Shown here: positions 6,720 through 16,923 of the stretch, piece after piece | Layout of the letters: each line of letters starts with the position of its first letter | How positions within the stretch are numbered: the first letter of the stretch is position 1 | DNA from: an uncultured Pelagibacteraceae bacterium | Lineage (GTDB): Bacteria; Pseudomonadota; Alphaproteobacteria; Pelagibacterales; Pelagibacteraceae | Direction: 5' to 3' | Assembly: GCA_902612225.1 (NCBI GenBank) | Contig: CACMCS010000003.1 | Span: 1,983-65,982 of the forward strand | DNA: 64,000 nucleotides | Translations under genes and position numbers: made by a program | Notes under the pieces: model-generated | Database searches by the model: none | What the model was told of the DNA's origin: nothing | Seen by the model: the letters and a program-made list of their open reading frames with translations, nothing else

Positions 6720-8231
6720 TTATCTTGAATTATTTGAGTAAATTACTCTTGGTTCTAAAAATAATTCTCTAGCAAGAGCTTTAAATCTTTTAGTAACTTG
6801 TTTTGAGATTATTTCTTGATGTTGTGATGGAATTTTTAAAAATACAGCATTACCTCTTTTATACAATTTAAACTCTTCAAGAAATATCGTAGATATCGAG
6901 GTCAATGATTGTGAAAATCTCAATGCTGCTCCAACTTGTTTGCTTGAAAAAATTTCATTATTATTTAAAAAAGTTAGATACTCCATCTTTGGATTATACT
7001 TGATACTACAGTACCGCCAATAACATGACAAAGCTAATTGTATTCTTTCTTTATGAGTCAATCTAAGTAAAGGAGTATTTATTGTTTCTTGAAATACCAA
7101 TTCAGCTTTTTGAAATGCTCCTAATCCCCAATCCATATGACTTAATACACATGCCAGATATAATAATTTCTTATTAAAATGTTCATTGCCTTCAAAAACT
7201 GGCTGAATAAAATCATAATATTTTTTATAGTTCGATCCTAGATCACCTCTTTTTTTTGCAATATTCTCAAGTGCTTTATGAAAAATTTCTGATTCTTTTA
7301 CATCTTTAAAATAGTCAATTGATAAAGAACCTTCACGTAAACCGCTTATAGAACAAATTATATTTCTTGGATTTGTAACTCTCATAATTTCATCAAGTAT
7401 AATGCAACTATAAGGTAAATACGCTGTTCTAGATTTTGAAATATACTCAACTGTTTTAAGTTTAGATTTATTAAAAGATGAAATTTTTTCAACAAACTTA
7501 GATAAAACATTGTTATCAATACTATATTGATGAATTATATGTACCGGATGATTATTTTGAAAAAGATGTAATTTAAATAATGCTCGCCAGGTACCTCCAA
7601 CTAAATATAGATTATTAAATTTCTTTTTTGAAAGCCATTTTTCTTCTCTTAATAATTTTTTGATATATTTTGCTAAATTTCTTTTTTTAACTATAGGATT
7701 ATTTAATAATCTTAAAACTCCAATAGGTAATGAGGTTTTATTAGTAACTATATTATTTTCAACTCGAGCTAATTCTAAACTTCCACCTCCAAGATCAGCA
7801 ACTAATCCATTGACATTTTCAAAGCCTATTTTTACTCCCTCAGCTGAGCATTCAGCTTCTTCTTCACCAGATAATATATTAATCTTAGTTTTAAAAAGTT
7901 TTTCAACTTCATTAATAAATGGTTTTGTATCAGTCGCTTCTCTTAAAACTGCTGTTGCAATGATTTTAAGATTTGTGATTTTTGAAACATTTAAAATTTC
8001 AGAGAATCTTTTTAAAACTTTTAAAGCATATTCGGTACCAGATCTGTGAAGTTTTTTGGATTTATCTAAATTTTTTCCAAGTTCACAAACTGCTTTTTCA
8101 TTAAAAAAAGGCACACGAGAAGAACTGAAATCTTCATAAATTAGCATTCTTATAGAGTTTGATCCAATGTCTATTATAGCTAATTTTGCCTGATTTAATT
8201 TTAAACTATTTTTACTTTTAATTACTTCCAC
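6720..8231 (-). CDS. ppx: Exopolyphosphatase (Ppx/GppA family)
   Basis: IIDIGSNSIR, ATAVLREA, SGEEEA, DLGGGSLE and GLREG motifs. Confidence 0.95.
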   Translation of the reverse strand: MEVIKSKNSLKLNQAKLAIIDIGSNSIRMLIYEDFSSSRVPFFNEKAVCELGKNLDKSKKLHRSGTEYALKVLKRFSEILNVSKITNLKIIATAVLREATDTKPFINEVEKLFKTKINILSGEEEAECSAEGVKIGFENVNGLVADLGGGSLELARVENNIVTNKTSLPIGVLRLLNNPIVKKRNLAKYIKKLLREEKWLSKKKFNNLYLVGGTWRALFKLHLFQNNHPVHIIHQYSIDNNVLSKFVEKISSFNKSKLKTVEYISKSRTAYLPYSCIILDEIMRVTNPRNIICSISGLREGSLSIDYFKDVKESEIFHKALENIAKKRGDLGSNYKKYYDFIQPVFEGNEHFNKKLLYLACVLSHMDWGLGAFQKAELVFQETINTPLLRLTHKERIQLALSCYWRYCSIKYNPKMEYLTFLNNNEIFSSKQVGAALRFSQSLTSISTIFLEEFKLYKRGNAVFLKIPSQHQEIISKQVTKRFKALARELFLEPRVIYSNNSR

Positions 8232-10374
8232 TTTTAATCAATCTTAAGTGCAGTTGTTTAGGCTGCATTCTTAGTTTAGCTTTACCTCTTCCAGATAAGC
8301 TCGGATTATTCATAAAATATTCATGAGCTGAAAAGGAATCGCTTTTACTATATTTAATTTTTTTATAATTACCATCAGCTTCAAGTTCCCAGCTCTGATT
8401 AGTATCAAGATAATTTGCCAACATTATTTGATCTAAGATCTGTTCATGAACAGTCTCATTTTCAATTGGGACTAGAAGTTCTACCCTTCGATTTAAATTT
8501 CTCGGCATTAAATCAGCTGACGAAATATATACTTTTGCATTTCTATTAGGCATTTTTTTTGTACCATTACTAAAGCAATAAATTCTAGAATGCTCTAAAA
8601 ATCTTCCTATGATACTTTTTACAAATATGTTTTCTGATCTATCTTTTACTCCTGGTCTTAAACAACAAACACCCCTTACAAATAAATGAATTTTTACACC
8701 AGCATTCGAAGCTTCATAAAATTTATCAATAATTTCTGGATCTACTAAAGAGTTCATTTTTGCCCAAATAGCTGCAAATTTTCCATTTTTAGAATTTTTA
8801 ATTTCAGCATCAATATTTTCATTTAAGGTTTGCCTCATATTTACTGGCGAAATAGAAATTTTATTTAAATTTTTTGGTTTTGCGTATCCTGTTACATAAT
8901 TGAAAAACTTTTCAACATCTGATGCCATTTTCTTATCACAACTAAATAAAGACAAATCAGTATAAATTTTAGCATTTACTGGATGATAATTGCCAGTTCC
9001 TAAATGAAAATAAGTTTGTATTTTACCCTGTTCTCTTCTTAAAACTAATGATGATTTTGCATGAGTTTTATATTTAGCAAAACCATAAACAATTTGAACA
9101 CCTACTTTTTCTAAACTTCTTGATAGTTGAATATTAGCTTCCTCATCAAATCTAGCTTTAATTTCAATTAAAGCGGTAACTGTTTTTCCGTTTTCTGCAG
9201 CTGTTATTAAAGCTTTAACAATAGGTGAGTCTAGAGTTGTTCTATATAGAGTTTGTTTTATAGCTATAACTTTTTTATCATTTGCTGCTTGGTTTAAAAA
9301 TTCAATTACTGAGTCAAATGTTTCAAAAGGATGATGAACAACTAAATCTTTCTTTTTAATAGTTTCAAAAAAATTATCATTATATTCTTTTAATCTTTCA
9401 ACTTCTCTAGGTGTAAAATGTTTAAATCTTAATTTTGGATTTTTTACTTTACATATTTGATCTATATCTTGAATTCCAACAAGGCCAGCAACATCATAAA
9501 TATAGTCAGGATTTATATCTAATTTATTAGTTATAAATCTTATCAATTCGTTATCACTATTTTCAAGAACCTCTAAACGAACAATATCACCCGTTCTACG
9601 TCTTTTTAAAGCCAATTCAAAAGATCTAACCAAATCTTCTGCTTCCTCTTGAATCTCTACATCGCTGTCTCTTATTACTCTAAAAATCATTTTCTTTTCT
9701 AAATCATGATCTGGAAAAATTTCATTAGCAAAAAAACTTATTACATCATCTAGAATCACAAATTTCTTATGATTTTTTGAAGACTCAATTTCAATAAATC
9801 TAGATAATGCTTTTGGTATTACTATTATTGAGTTTAAAATCCTTTTTTTATTTTTTTTTCTTAACTTCATTACAATTGCTCTTCCTTGATTGATTATAAA
9901 TGGAAATGGATGTGCAGGATCAATTGCTGATGGTGTTAATAAAGGGTAAATCTCTTCTTTAAATATTTCTAAAAGTTTTTTTTTATCCTTAGTATTTAAA
10001 TTAACTGGTTTAACTAAATTGATATTATTTTTTTTTAATTCCATAATCAGTTGAATAAAAATTTTGTTCTGTTTTTTTAATAGATTCTTAGTTTCAAGCA
10101 CTACCTCATCCATTTGCTCTTCAGGTGTCAAACCATCAGAGCTTAGTGAGTCAACTTCTTGTTTTATTTGACTATATAACCCAGCTACACGGACCATAAA
10201 AAATTCATCTAGATTAGACCCAGCAATTGATAAAAACTTTACTCTTTCATAAAGAGGATTTTCGATATTTTGCGCCTCTAAAAGTACTCTATCGTTGAAT
10301 TTTAACCAAGAAAGCTCTCTATTTATATATTTAGATTTTAACTCTTCTTTATGTTGTTTTTTTAAAGCAGTCAT
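8218..10374 (-). CDS. ppk1: Polyphosphate kinase 1
   Basis: NRELSWL, NLDEFFMVRVAG, DPAHPFP, KTHAK, HLGTGNY and RFLEHSR motifs. Confidence 0.97.
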   Translation of the reverse strand: MTALKKQHKEELKSKYINRELSWLKFNDRVLLEAQNIENPLYERVKFLSIAGSNLDEFFMVRVAGLYSQIKQEVDSLSSDGLTPEEQMDEVVLETKNLLKKQNKIFIQLIMELKKNNINLVKPVNLNTKDKKKLLEIFKEEIYPLLTPSAIDPAHPFPFIINQGRAIVMKLRKKNKKRILNSIIVIPKALSRFIEIESSKNHKKFVILDDVISFFANEIFPDHDLEKKMIFRVIRDSDVEIQEEAEDLVRSFELALKRRRTGDIVRLEVLENSDNELIRFITNKLDINPDYIYDVAGLVGIQDIDQICKVKNPKLRFKHFTPREVERLKEYNDNFFETIKKKDLVVHHPFETFDSVIEFLNQAANDKKVIAIKQTLYRTTLDSPIVKALITAAENGKTVTALIEIKARFDEEANIQLSRSLEKVGVQIVYGFAKYKTHAKSSLVLRREQGKIQTYFHLGTGNYHPVNAKIYTDLSLFSCDKKMASDVEKFFNYVTGYAKPKNLNKISISPVNMRQTLNENIDAEIKNSKNGKFAAIWAKMNSLVDPEIIDKFYEASNAGVKIHLFVRGVCCLRPGVKDRSENIFVKSIIGRFLEHSRIYCFSNGTKKMPNRNAKVYISSADLMPRNLNRRVELLVPIENETVHEQILDQIMLANYLDTNQSWELEADGNYKKIKYSKSDSFSAHEYFMNNPSLSGRGKAKLRMQPKQLHLRLIKSGSN

Positions 10375-10388
10375 ATATTTAGATTTTA
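10325..10388. repeat. 16-bp exact direct repeat ATATATTTAGATTTTA (10325-10340, 10373-10388)
   Basis: Read directly; the second copy spans the ppk1/sixA divergent gap. Confidence 0.8.
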
Positions 10389-10912
10389 TGTATCAATTAT
10401 ACGTCATGAGACACGCAAAATCTAGTTGGGATGATTTAAGTATTAATGATTTTGATAGACCACTTACTAAAAGAGGCAAGAAAAATGCAAAAATGATTTG
10501 TGAATTTTTTGTTAAAAAAAAATTTGAATTTGATTATGCATTAATTTCATCATCAAAAAGAACAAAAAAAACTTTTCAAATTTTATCCAAGAAAATTAAT
10601 AAGCCAAAAAAAGTTAATTTTTCAAAAGATTTATATTTAGTTGATGAGAATGCAATTGTAAAAAAAATTAAAGAAATATCCAGTGAATATAAATCAATTT
10701 TGATTATAAACCATGAACCATCAGTGAAAAATTTAGTACGAAATCTTACAAAAAATCATAATACGAATAATTTTAAACTAATGAATTATAAATTCCCAAC
10801 AGCAGCATTTGCAAAAATTGAGTTTGATATTAAATCCTGGAATGAAGTTGAGAAAAAGGGAGTATTAAAAAAATTTATAAGACCCAAAGATCTTCAAGAT
10901 TCTAAAGAATAA
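10388..10912 (+). CDS. sixA: SixA-family phosphohistidine phosphatase
   Basis: MRHAKSSW, DFDRPLT.RG, SSSKRT, NHEP and KFPTAA motifs; start reassigned to ATG 10388. Confidence 0.88.
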   Translation: MYQLYVMRHAKSSWDDLSINDFDRPLTKRGKKNAKMICEFFVKKKFEFDYALISSSKRTKKTFQILSKKINKPKKVNFSKDLYLVDENAIVKKIKEISSEYKSILIINHEPSVKNLVRNLTKNHNTNNFKLMNYKFPTAAFAKIEFDIKSWNEVEKKGVLKKFIRPKDLQDSKE

Positions 10913-11577
10913 CCAGCTGATCTTACTGTTCTAATTAAAGGTTTTGTATTTTGTATGTTAATTGCTTGTCTTAATCTTCTAATATGAACATCAACTGTTC
11001 TAGACTCAACATATATATTTTCTCCCCAAACATTGTTTAAGAGTTGTTCTCTTGAATAAACTCTTTTTGGATTTTTGATAAAAAAATCTAAGAGTTTAAA
11101 TTCAGTTGGACCCAAAGTAATTTCTTTATCTTTTCTATAAACTCTTTTTGTAATCCGATCTATTTTTAAATCAGTAAATTCTACAATGTCTGATGATGAT
11201 TGAGGTTTAGATCTTCTCAATAAAGATTTAATTCTAGCATTCAATTCTTTTTGACTAAAAGGTTTAGTTACATAATCATCTGCACCTGTATCAAATGCTT
11301 TTAATTTGTCTTCTTCCTCCCCTTTTGCAGTTAACATAATGACAGGAATATCATTAAACTTATTATCTTTTTTTAAGTTTTTACAAATTTCAACACCAGA
11401 TAATTCTGGTAACATCCAATCCATTAATATTAAATCTGGCTGTTTTAATTTTATTTGTTTAAGAGCATCTTCTCCATTTTCTGAATGACTGACTTTATAA
11501 CCTTCTTTTTCAAGATTGTACTTTAACAAACTAACAATTGATGCTTCATCTTCAGCTATGAAAACATGAGCTGACAT
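10894..11577 (-). CDS. phoB: Phosphate regulon response regulator
   Basis: DWMLP receiver domain, LGPTEFKLL, RTVDVHIRRLR recognition helix; follows phoU. Confidence 0.96.
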   Translation of the reverse strand: MSAHVFIAEDEASIVSLLKYNLEKEGYKVSHSENGEDALKQIKLKQPDLILMDWMLPELSGVEICKNLKKDNKFNDIPVIMLTAKGEEEDKLKAFDTGADDYVTKPFSQKELNARIKSLLRRSKPQSSSDIVEFTDLKIDRITKRVYRKDKEITLGPTEFKLLDFFIKNPKRVYSREQLLNNVWGENIYVESRTVDVHIRRLRQAINIQNTKPLIRTVRSAGYSLES

Positions 11578-11580
11578 AAA

Positions 11581-12288
11581 TCATTTTTCTCCGGTTACAA
11601 TTGGCTCTGTTCCCTTGGGTCTATCACCTTCTAAATATTCGCCTTTAACTAAATAATAAACTTGTTCTGCAACATTTGTAGTATGATCACCAATACGCTC
11701 TATGTTTTTAGTTACAAACAATAAATGAGTTCCATCTTCTAAATTTTTTTCATTTTCTTTAAGATATTTTATAACTTCTTGCATACAAAGATTTGTTAGA
11801 TCATCTATTTGCTCATCACCTTCCCAAACATTTACTGCCATTGGCGCAGATCTTTCTAGATAAGCATCTAATGTTGATTTTAATTGTTTTTGAACATTGG
11901 TAGATACTCTATTCAATGAGTCTACCAAGTTCTTTGGAAGATTTTCGTTAAGCAAAAGTGTTCTCTTGGATATATTTTTTGCTAAATCACCTATTCTTTC
12001 TAAATCTGAAGACATTTTCAAAGCCGTTACTGTCTCTCTTAAATCAATTGCCATAGGTTGTCTTAAAGCAATTAAATTCACAACTTGCTGTTCAATTAAA
12101 GTCTCATATTTATCTATTTTTTCATCTTCTTGAATAACAGCTTCTGCAATATTGGTATCTCTTGTTGTAATGGCTTGAATTGCTTTACCTAAAGAATCTT
12201 CACATGCACTTCCCATTTTAATTATATTAGCATTAAGATTTTTTAGTTCTTCTTCGTAAGATTTGACCGTATGTGGTGCTTCAGACAT
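11581..12288 (-). CDS. phoU: Phosphate signalling complex protein
   Basis: QPMAIDLR, DLERIGD and IERIGDH motifs. Confidence 0.96.
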   Translation of the reverse strand: MSEAPHTVKSYEEELKNLNANIIKMGSACEDSLGKAIQAITTRDTNIAEAVIQEDEKIDKYETLIEQQVVNLIALRQPMAIDLRETVTALKMSSDLERIGDLAKNISKRTLLLNENLPKNLVDSLNRVSTNVQKQLKSTLDAYLERSAPMAVNVWEGDEQIDDLTNLCMQEVIKYLKENEKNLEDGTHLLFVTKNIERIGDHTTNVAEQVYYLVKGEYLEGDRPKGTEPIVTGEK

Positions 12289-13043
12289 TATCCGAACCTC
12301 CCTGTTATATAATCTTGCGTTTTTTTATTATCAGGATTCTTAAATATTTTATCAGTAGATCCATGTTCAATCAATTGTCCTAAATGAAAAAAACCTGTAT
12401 TTTGAGAAACACGTGCTGCTTGAGCCATAGAATGAGTTACAATTATTATTGTGTGCTCTTTTTTTAACTCATCAATCAATTCTTCAATTTGTGCTGTTGC
12501 TATTGGATCTAATGCTGAACAAGGTTCATCCATTAATATAACTTCAGGTCTTACAGAAATCGCTCTAGCAATACAAAGTCTTTGCTGTTGTCCTCCAGAT
12601 AATCCAGTTCCAGGTTCATGCAACCTATCTTTTACCTCTTCCCATAGTGCAGCCTTTTTCAAACTAGTTTCAACAATTTCATCCATTTCTTGTTTTGATT
12701 GAGCCATACCATGAATTGTTGGACCGTAAGATACATTTTCATATAAAGTTTTTGGGAAAGGATTGGGTTTTTGAAAAACCATACCAATTTTTTCTCTTAG
12801 TCTTACGACATCACAACTTTTATCATTGATATTAAAATCATTAATTAAAATTTCTCCTTTAACACTACAGATATCAATTACATCATTCATTCTATTAAGA
12901 CATCTTAGGAAAGTTGATTTACCACAACCAGATGGACCAATTAATGCCGTTACTTGATTTTCCTCAATATCTAAACTTATATTAAAGAGCGCTTGTTTTT
13001 TTCCATAAAAAACATCAACATCTTTTGCTTTAATCTTTATCAT
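12288..13043 (-). CDS. pstB: Phosphate ABC transporter ATPase
   Basis: [30 protein letters not shown] and [10 protein letters not shown]; start set to the ATG just after the pstA stop. Confidence 0.96.
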   Translation of the reverse strand: MIKIKAKDVDVFYGKKQALFNISLDIEENQVTALIGPSGCGKSTFLRCLNRMNDVIDICSVKGEILINDFNINDKSCDVVRLREKIGMVFQKPNPFPKTLYENVSYGPTIHGMAQSKQEMDEIVETSLKKAALWEEVKDRLHEPGTGLSGGQQQRLCIARAISVRPEVILMDEPCSALDPIATAQIEELIDELKKEHTIIIVTHSMAQAARVSQNTGFFHLGQLIEHGSTDKIFKNPDNKKTQDYITGRFG

Positions 13044-13044
13044 T

Positions 13045-14313
13045 TTAACTCCATTTTTTCTCAAACTTATGTCTTATTATTTGGGCAAATAAATTCATTA
13101 TTATTAAAAAGCCAAGTAAGACCATTATACATGCCGAAACTTTTTCTACAAATCCCCTTTCAGCACTTTCAGCCCAAATATAAATTTGAACTGGTAAGCT
13201 TGCAGCAGGATCCATGGGTGATCCAGGTATCGTGTTAACAAAAGCAACCATTCCAATTAAAATTAAGGGTGCAGTTTCTCCTAAAGCTTGAGCTAAACCA
13301 ATTATTGTTCCTGATAACGTGCCAGGCATAGAAAGAGGAACTGTATGATGCATTGTGGTTTGCATTCGACTTGCTCCCATAGCAAGTGCTGCCTCTCTTA
13401 TACTTGGTGGAACTGCTTTTAAAGATGCTCTAGCAGCTATAATTATTGTTGGTAAGGTCATTAAGGACAAAGTGATACCTCCAACTAATGGGGTAGACCT
13501 TGGTAATTGAAATATAGCCAATAAAACTCCTAACCCTAATAGACCAAAAACTATAGATGGAACCGCTGCTAAGTTGTTTATATTAACTTCAATAAAATCA
13601 GTAAATCTATTTTTAGGGGCAAATTCTTCAAGATAGATTGCAGCTAGAACCGCAACAGGAAAAGCTATCATTAAACAAACAAGTATAGAAAAAATTGAGC
13701 CCATAAATGAACTTGCTATTCCAGCTAGCTCAGCTTCTCTTGAGTCAGCATTTGTAAAAAAACTTATATTAAATTTACTTTCAACCTTACCATTTGCAAC
13801 AAGTTGATCAAAAATTTTTAATTGATAATCGCTTACTCTTCTTTGGTCTTCAGGTAAATCTCTTGGATAATTTCCTTTAAAGACTTGGTCTAAATCATCT
13901 GAAGCAGTTAGATAAACTTCCTTTGTTTTTCCTATTAAATTAGGGTCATTTAAAAGTTCATTTTTAATTTCTTTTTCAAAAAAATAAGACACCATTCTCT
14001 TCAATTCATTTTGTTGATCTTCATTGGCGTTTAGATCTAAATCAGCCATTGATTTTAATGCTATATCGTAATAATCAGCGTCCTGTAAATCTTCTTTAGA
14101 AGGATTTTGGTCTAACATCATTAATTCAGCATCGAAAGTTACTGGAACAATAAGCCATGTTTTTTGAAAAGCTGAATAGCCAGTTGAAAAAATTTTAAAA
14201 ATAAAGATTGTTAAAAATAAAAGTGCCATAAAAATTGCACTCAGACCGTATAAGCGAAATCGCTGTTCAGCTTTATATCTTTTATTTAATAATTGTTCTT
14301 TATTTTTATTCAT
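13045..14313 (-). CDS. pstA: Phosphate ABC transporter permease
   Basis: [13 protein letters not shown] and AQALGETAP motifs. Confidence 0.95.
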   Translation of the reverse strand: MNKNKEQLLNKRYKAEQRFRLYGLSAIFMALLFLTIFIFKIFSTGYSAFQKTWLIVPVTFDAELMMLDQNPSKEDLQDADYYDIALKSMADLDLNANEDQQNELKRMVSYFFEKEIKNELLNDPNLIGKTKEVYLTASDDLDQVFKGNYPRDLPEDQRRVSDYQLKIFDQLVANGKVESKFNISFFTNADSREAELAGIASSFMGSIFSILVCLMIAFPVAVLAAIYLEEFAPKNRFTDFIEVNINNLAAVPSIVFGLLGLGVLLAIFQLPRSTPLVGGITLSLMTLPTIIIAARASLKAVPPSIREAALAMGASRMQTTMHHTVPLSMPGTLSGTIIGLAQALGETAPLILIGMVAFVNTIPGSPMDPAASLPVQIYIWAESAERGFVEKVSACIMVLLGFLIIMNLFAQIIRHKFEKKWS

Positions 14314-15691
14314 ATTTTTCTCTATATTTTTTAACTACTCTCAAGGCCACAATATTTAAACAAAGTGTTACTAAAAATAATGACATACCTAAAGCAAAAG
14401 CAGCTTGCGTTTTTGGGTCGCCAAAAGCTTGGTCACCAATTAGAATAACTACAATTTGAGCTGTAATCGTTGAAGTAGACTCTAAAGGATTTAAAGTTAA
14501 ATTAGCAGCTAAACCAGAGGCCATAACAACTATCATTGTTTCTCCAATAGCTCTTGAAACACCAAGTAAAATAGATCCAACTATCCCCGGCAATGCCGCG
14601 GGAAAAATAACTCTCTTAATTGTTTCTGATTTAGTTGCTCCCATAGCGTAACTTCCATCTCTTAAACTTTGAGGCACACTTGTAATTACATCGTCACTTA
14701 AACTTGAAATAAATGGTATAATCATAATACCCATTACCCCTCCTGCTGCTAAAGCACTTTCAGCTGAAACTTCAAGACCCATTGAAGTTCCTAATTCTTT
14801 CAAAAATGGTCCAACAGTTAAGGCAGCAAAAAAACCATAAACAACTGTTGGTATACCAGCTAAAATTTCAATTAATGGTTTTGCATATTGTCTAACTTTA
14901 GTTGATGCATATTCAGCTAAATAAATTCCACTCATTAATCCAATTGGGATAGCAACGCACATAGCAATAAATGCAATAAAAAAAGTACCTGCAAAAATAG
15001 GGACTGCTCCAAAAGTATCTGAATACATTGTCGGATCTAAAGCCTCAGAAGAATCTCTAACAAAAGCTTTTGCTGGATACCAGTGAGTTCCAAAGACAAA
15101 ATCAAATAATGGAATTACTTTAAAAAAATCTATAGTTTGAAATATAAGTGAGAAAACTATTCCAACAGTAGTTAATATTGCAGCTAAAGAAGCTGTAAAT
15201 AAAACTGCGTTCAAAAATTTTTCAACTGGTTCTCTTGTTCTAGAATTAGATGAAATTCTTTTATATGCATAAGCAACAGAGGCAATAATTGCAGATAATA
15301 CTATAACAACTTTTGAACTTTGAGCTATTGATCGAAGACTTAAATATTTTTCAGCTGAAGCTTCAATAAAAGGTGTAATTTCTCCAGTGAATTGCCCTCG
15401 AGACAATGCTTTTGATTTTTCGTATAATAAATTTAATTCATCATCAAGATAACCTTGATTTGAATAATCACTTAAGATTAATAGTTTTACAATTGTGGGC
15501 TCAAAAATTGCCCATAATGAAAAAATTATAAAGGCTGGTATTGCACACCAGATTGCAAGATAATAACCATAAAATTGTGGTAATGCGGTTAATCTTTTTT
15601 TTGTAGATTGAATTGTATATGCTTTTTTGCGTCCAAAATAATAGCTTGTGAAACCTAGAAGAACAATAAATGTAAATAATATTAAGTTCAC
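14306..15691 (-). CDS. pstC: Phosphate ABC transporter permease
   Basis: EILAGIPTVVYG and SRAIGETMIV motifs; GTG start with AGGAGA SD. Confidence 0.95.
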   Translation of the reverse strand: MNLILFTFIVLLGFTSYYFGRKKAYTIQSTKKRLTALPQFYGYYLAIWCAIPAFIIFSLWAIFEPTIVKLLILSDYSNQGYLDDELNLLYEKSKALSRGQFTGEITPFIEASAEKYLSLRSIAQSSKVVIVLSAIIASVAYAYKRISSNSRTREPVEKFLNAVLFTASLAAILTTVGIVFSLIFQTIDFFKVIPLFDFVFGTHWYPAKAFVRDSSEALDPTMYSDTFGAVPIFAGTFFIAFIAMCVAIPIGLMSGIYLAEYASTKVRQYAKPLIEILAGIPTVVYGFFAALTVGPFLKELGTSMGLEVSAESALAAGGVMGIMIIPFISSLSDDVITSVPQSLRDGSYAMGATKSETIKRVIFPAALPGIVGSILLGVSRAIGETMIVVMASGLAANLTLNPLESTSTITAQIVVILIGDQAFGDPKTQAAFALGMSLFLVTLCLNIVALRVVKKYREKYE

Positions 15692-15726
15692 AGAATCTCC
15701 TTAAGTGAGGACTTTACTCTTTTTTT

Positions 15727-15758
15727 AAAAAAAAGGGGTCTAAAAAGACCCCCTTTTT
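15727..15758 (-). terminator. Intrinsic terminator or stabilising hairpin between pstS and pstC
   Basis: GGGGTCT-N4-AGACCCC stem followed by U8 on the minus strand. Confidence 0.85.
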
Positions 15759-15782
15759 AATCATTTGTTAACTGAGGAATAA

Positions 15783-16814
15783 TTAATTACCCATAGCAAC
15801 TAGCTTCGTAGCATTAGTTCTAGTTGTTTTATACAACTTAGAGTCTAATGGCACTAAACCTATGTCTGCTAAGTAACCACCTTTTCCAATAGCTTTCTTA
15901 GTTGTGAATTCTTTCACAAACTCATGTAAGCCTGGAATTACTCCAACGTGTGCTTTTTTCACGTAGAAGAATAAAGGTCTAGCAACAGCATAACTGTAGT
16001 CTTGAATAGACTTTAATGACGGTTGTCCACCATCAATACTTGCTGCTTGCAATTTATCTTTTGCAGCTAAGAAATAACTGAAACCAAAGAAACCAAACAT
16101 TTCTTTATCTTGAGTTAACTTTTGGATGATTAAACTATCGTTTTCTCCAACTTCAATAGCAGCACCATCTTCTCTGTAAAGTTTTTGAGGTTTTTTGTAT
16201 TTTTTATTTCCAGCTTCAAAACCAGCTTTATAAAGAGCTTTAGCTTCTTTAGTCATACCTTTTTTCATTACTAAAGAATTCCAAGCATCTCTAGTTCCTG
16301 ATGTTCCTGGTGGGATCATCACTGAAATTTTTTGTTTTGGTAAGCTAGGGTCAATTTGGTCCCAAGTTTTATAAATATTTGGAACTAATTTACCATCAAC
16401 AACTGTATGAGCAGCAAGTGCTAAATATAATTGTTCTTTAGTAAAGTTTACTGGTTTTGCATCTTTGCTGTAAGCTAATGTAATACCATCGTTACCAATT
16501 ACAATCTCAACGATATCATTAACACCATTTTTCTTACATAGAGCTTTTTCTTTATCTTTCATAGCTCTTGATGCATTTGTAATATCTGGATGTTGTTCAC
16601 CTACACCAGCACAGAATAGTTTAGCTCCACCACCAGTACCAGTAGACTCGATTACAGGAGTTTTAAATCCTGAACCACCAAATCTTTCAGCAACAACTGT
16701 TGCATAAGGGAATACTGTAGAAGAACCAACTATCTTAATTTGATCTCTTGCTTGAGCAACAGTTGCAATTGAAAGTGCAACTAAAGAAGCAATTACTATA
16801 GTTAGTTTTTTCAT
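15783..16814 (-). CDS. pstS: Phosphate ABC transporter substrate-binding protein
   Basis: Signal peptide; RDQIKIVGSSTV, ESTGTGGG, SGTRD and RPLFFY motifs. Confidence 0.96.
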   Translation of the reverse strand: MKKLTIVIASLVALSIATVAQARDQIKIVGSSTVFPYATVVAERFGGSGFKTPVIESTGTGGGAKLFCAGVGEQHPDITNASRAMKDKEKALCKKNGVNDIVEIVIGNDGITLAYSKDAKPVNFTKEQLYLALAAHTVVDGKLVPNIYKTWDQIDPSLPKQKISVMIPPGTSGTRDAWNSLVMKKGMTKEAKALYKAGFEAGNKKYKKPQKLYREDGAAIEVGENDSLIIQKLTQDKEMFGFFGFSYFLAAKDKLQAASIDGGQPSLKSIQDYSYAVARPLFFYVKKAHVGVIPGLHEFVKEFTTKKAIGKGGYLADIGLVPLDSKLYKTTRTNATKLVAMGN

Positions 16815-16884
16815 TATCTTTAATCCTTTCGTTATTTATTAATTAAAAGATGATTGACTCGTATAAATTTATTGAATCTTTAAT

Positions 16885-16913
16885 ATTACAGAATTGTTAC
16901 ACTTTTGTTAAAA
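16885..16913 (-). promoter_or_regulatory. Pho box array of the pstS promoter
   Basis: Minus strand TTTTAAC-AAAA-GTGTAAC-AATT-CTGTAAT; three half-sites at 11-bp period. Confidence 0.8.
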
Positions 16914-16923
16914 AGGTAACTTT

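Noticed and set aside
7660-8049. 129-aa antisense ORF in ppx and similar ones (895-1158, 17820-18176, 18854-19285, 29185-29490 and others)
   Set aside because: Fully nested antisense to well-supported genes, with no motifs or SD; typical reverse-frame openness
10295-10387. N-terminal extension of sixA in the ORF track
   Set aside because: Overlaps ppk1 antisense; the RHA catalytic motif belongs near the N-terminus, supporting ATG 10388
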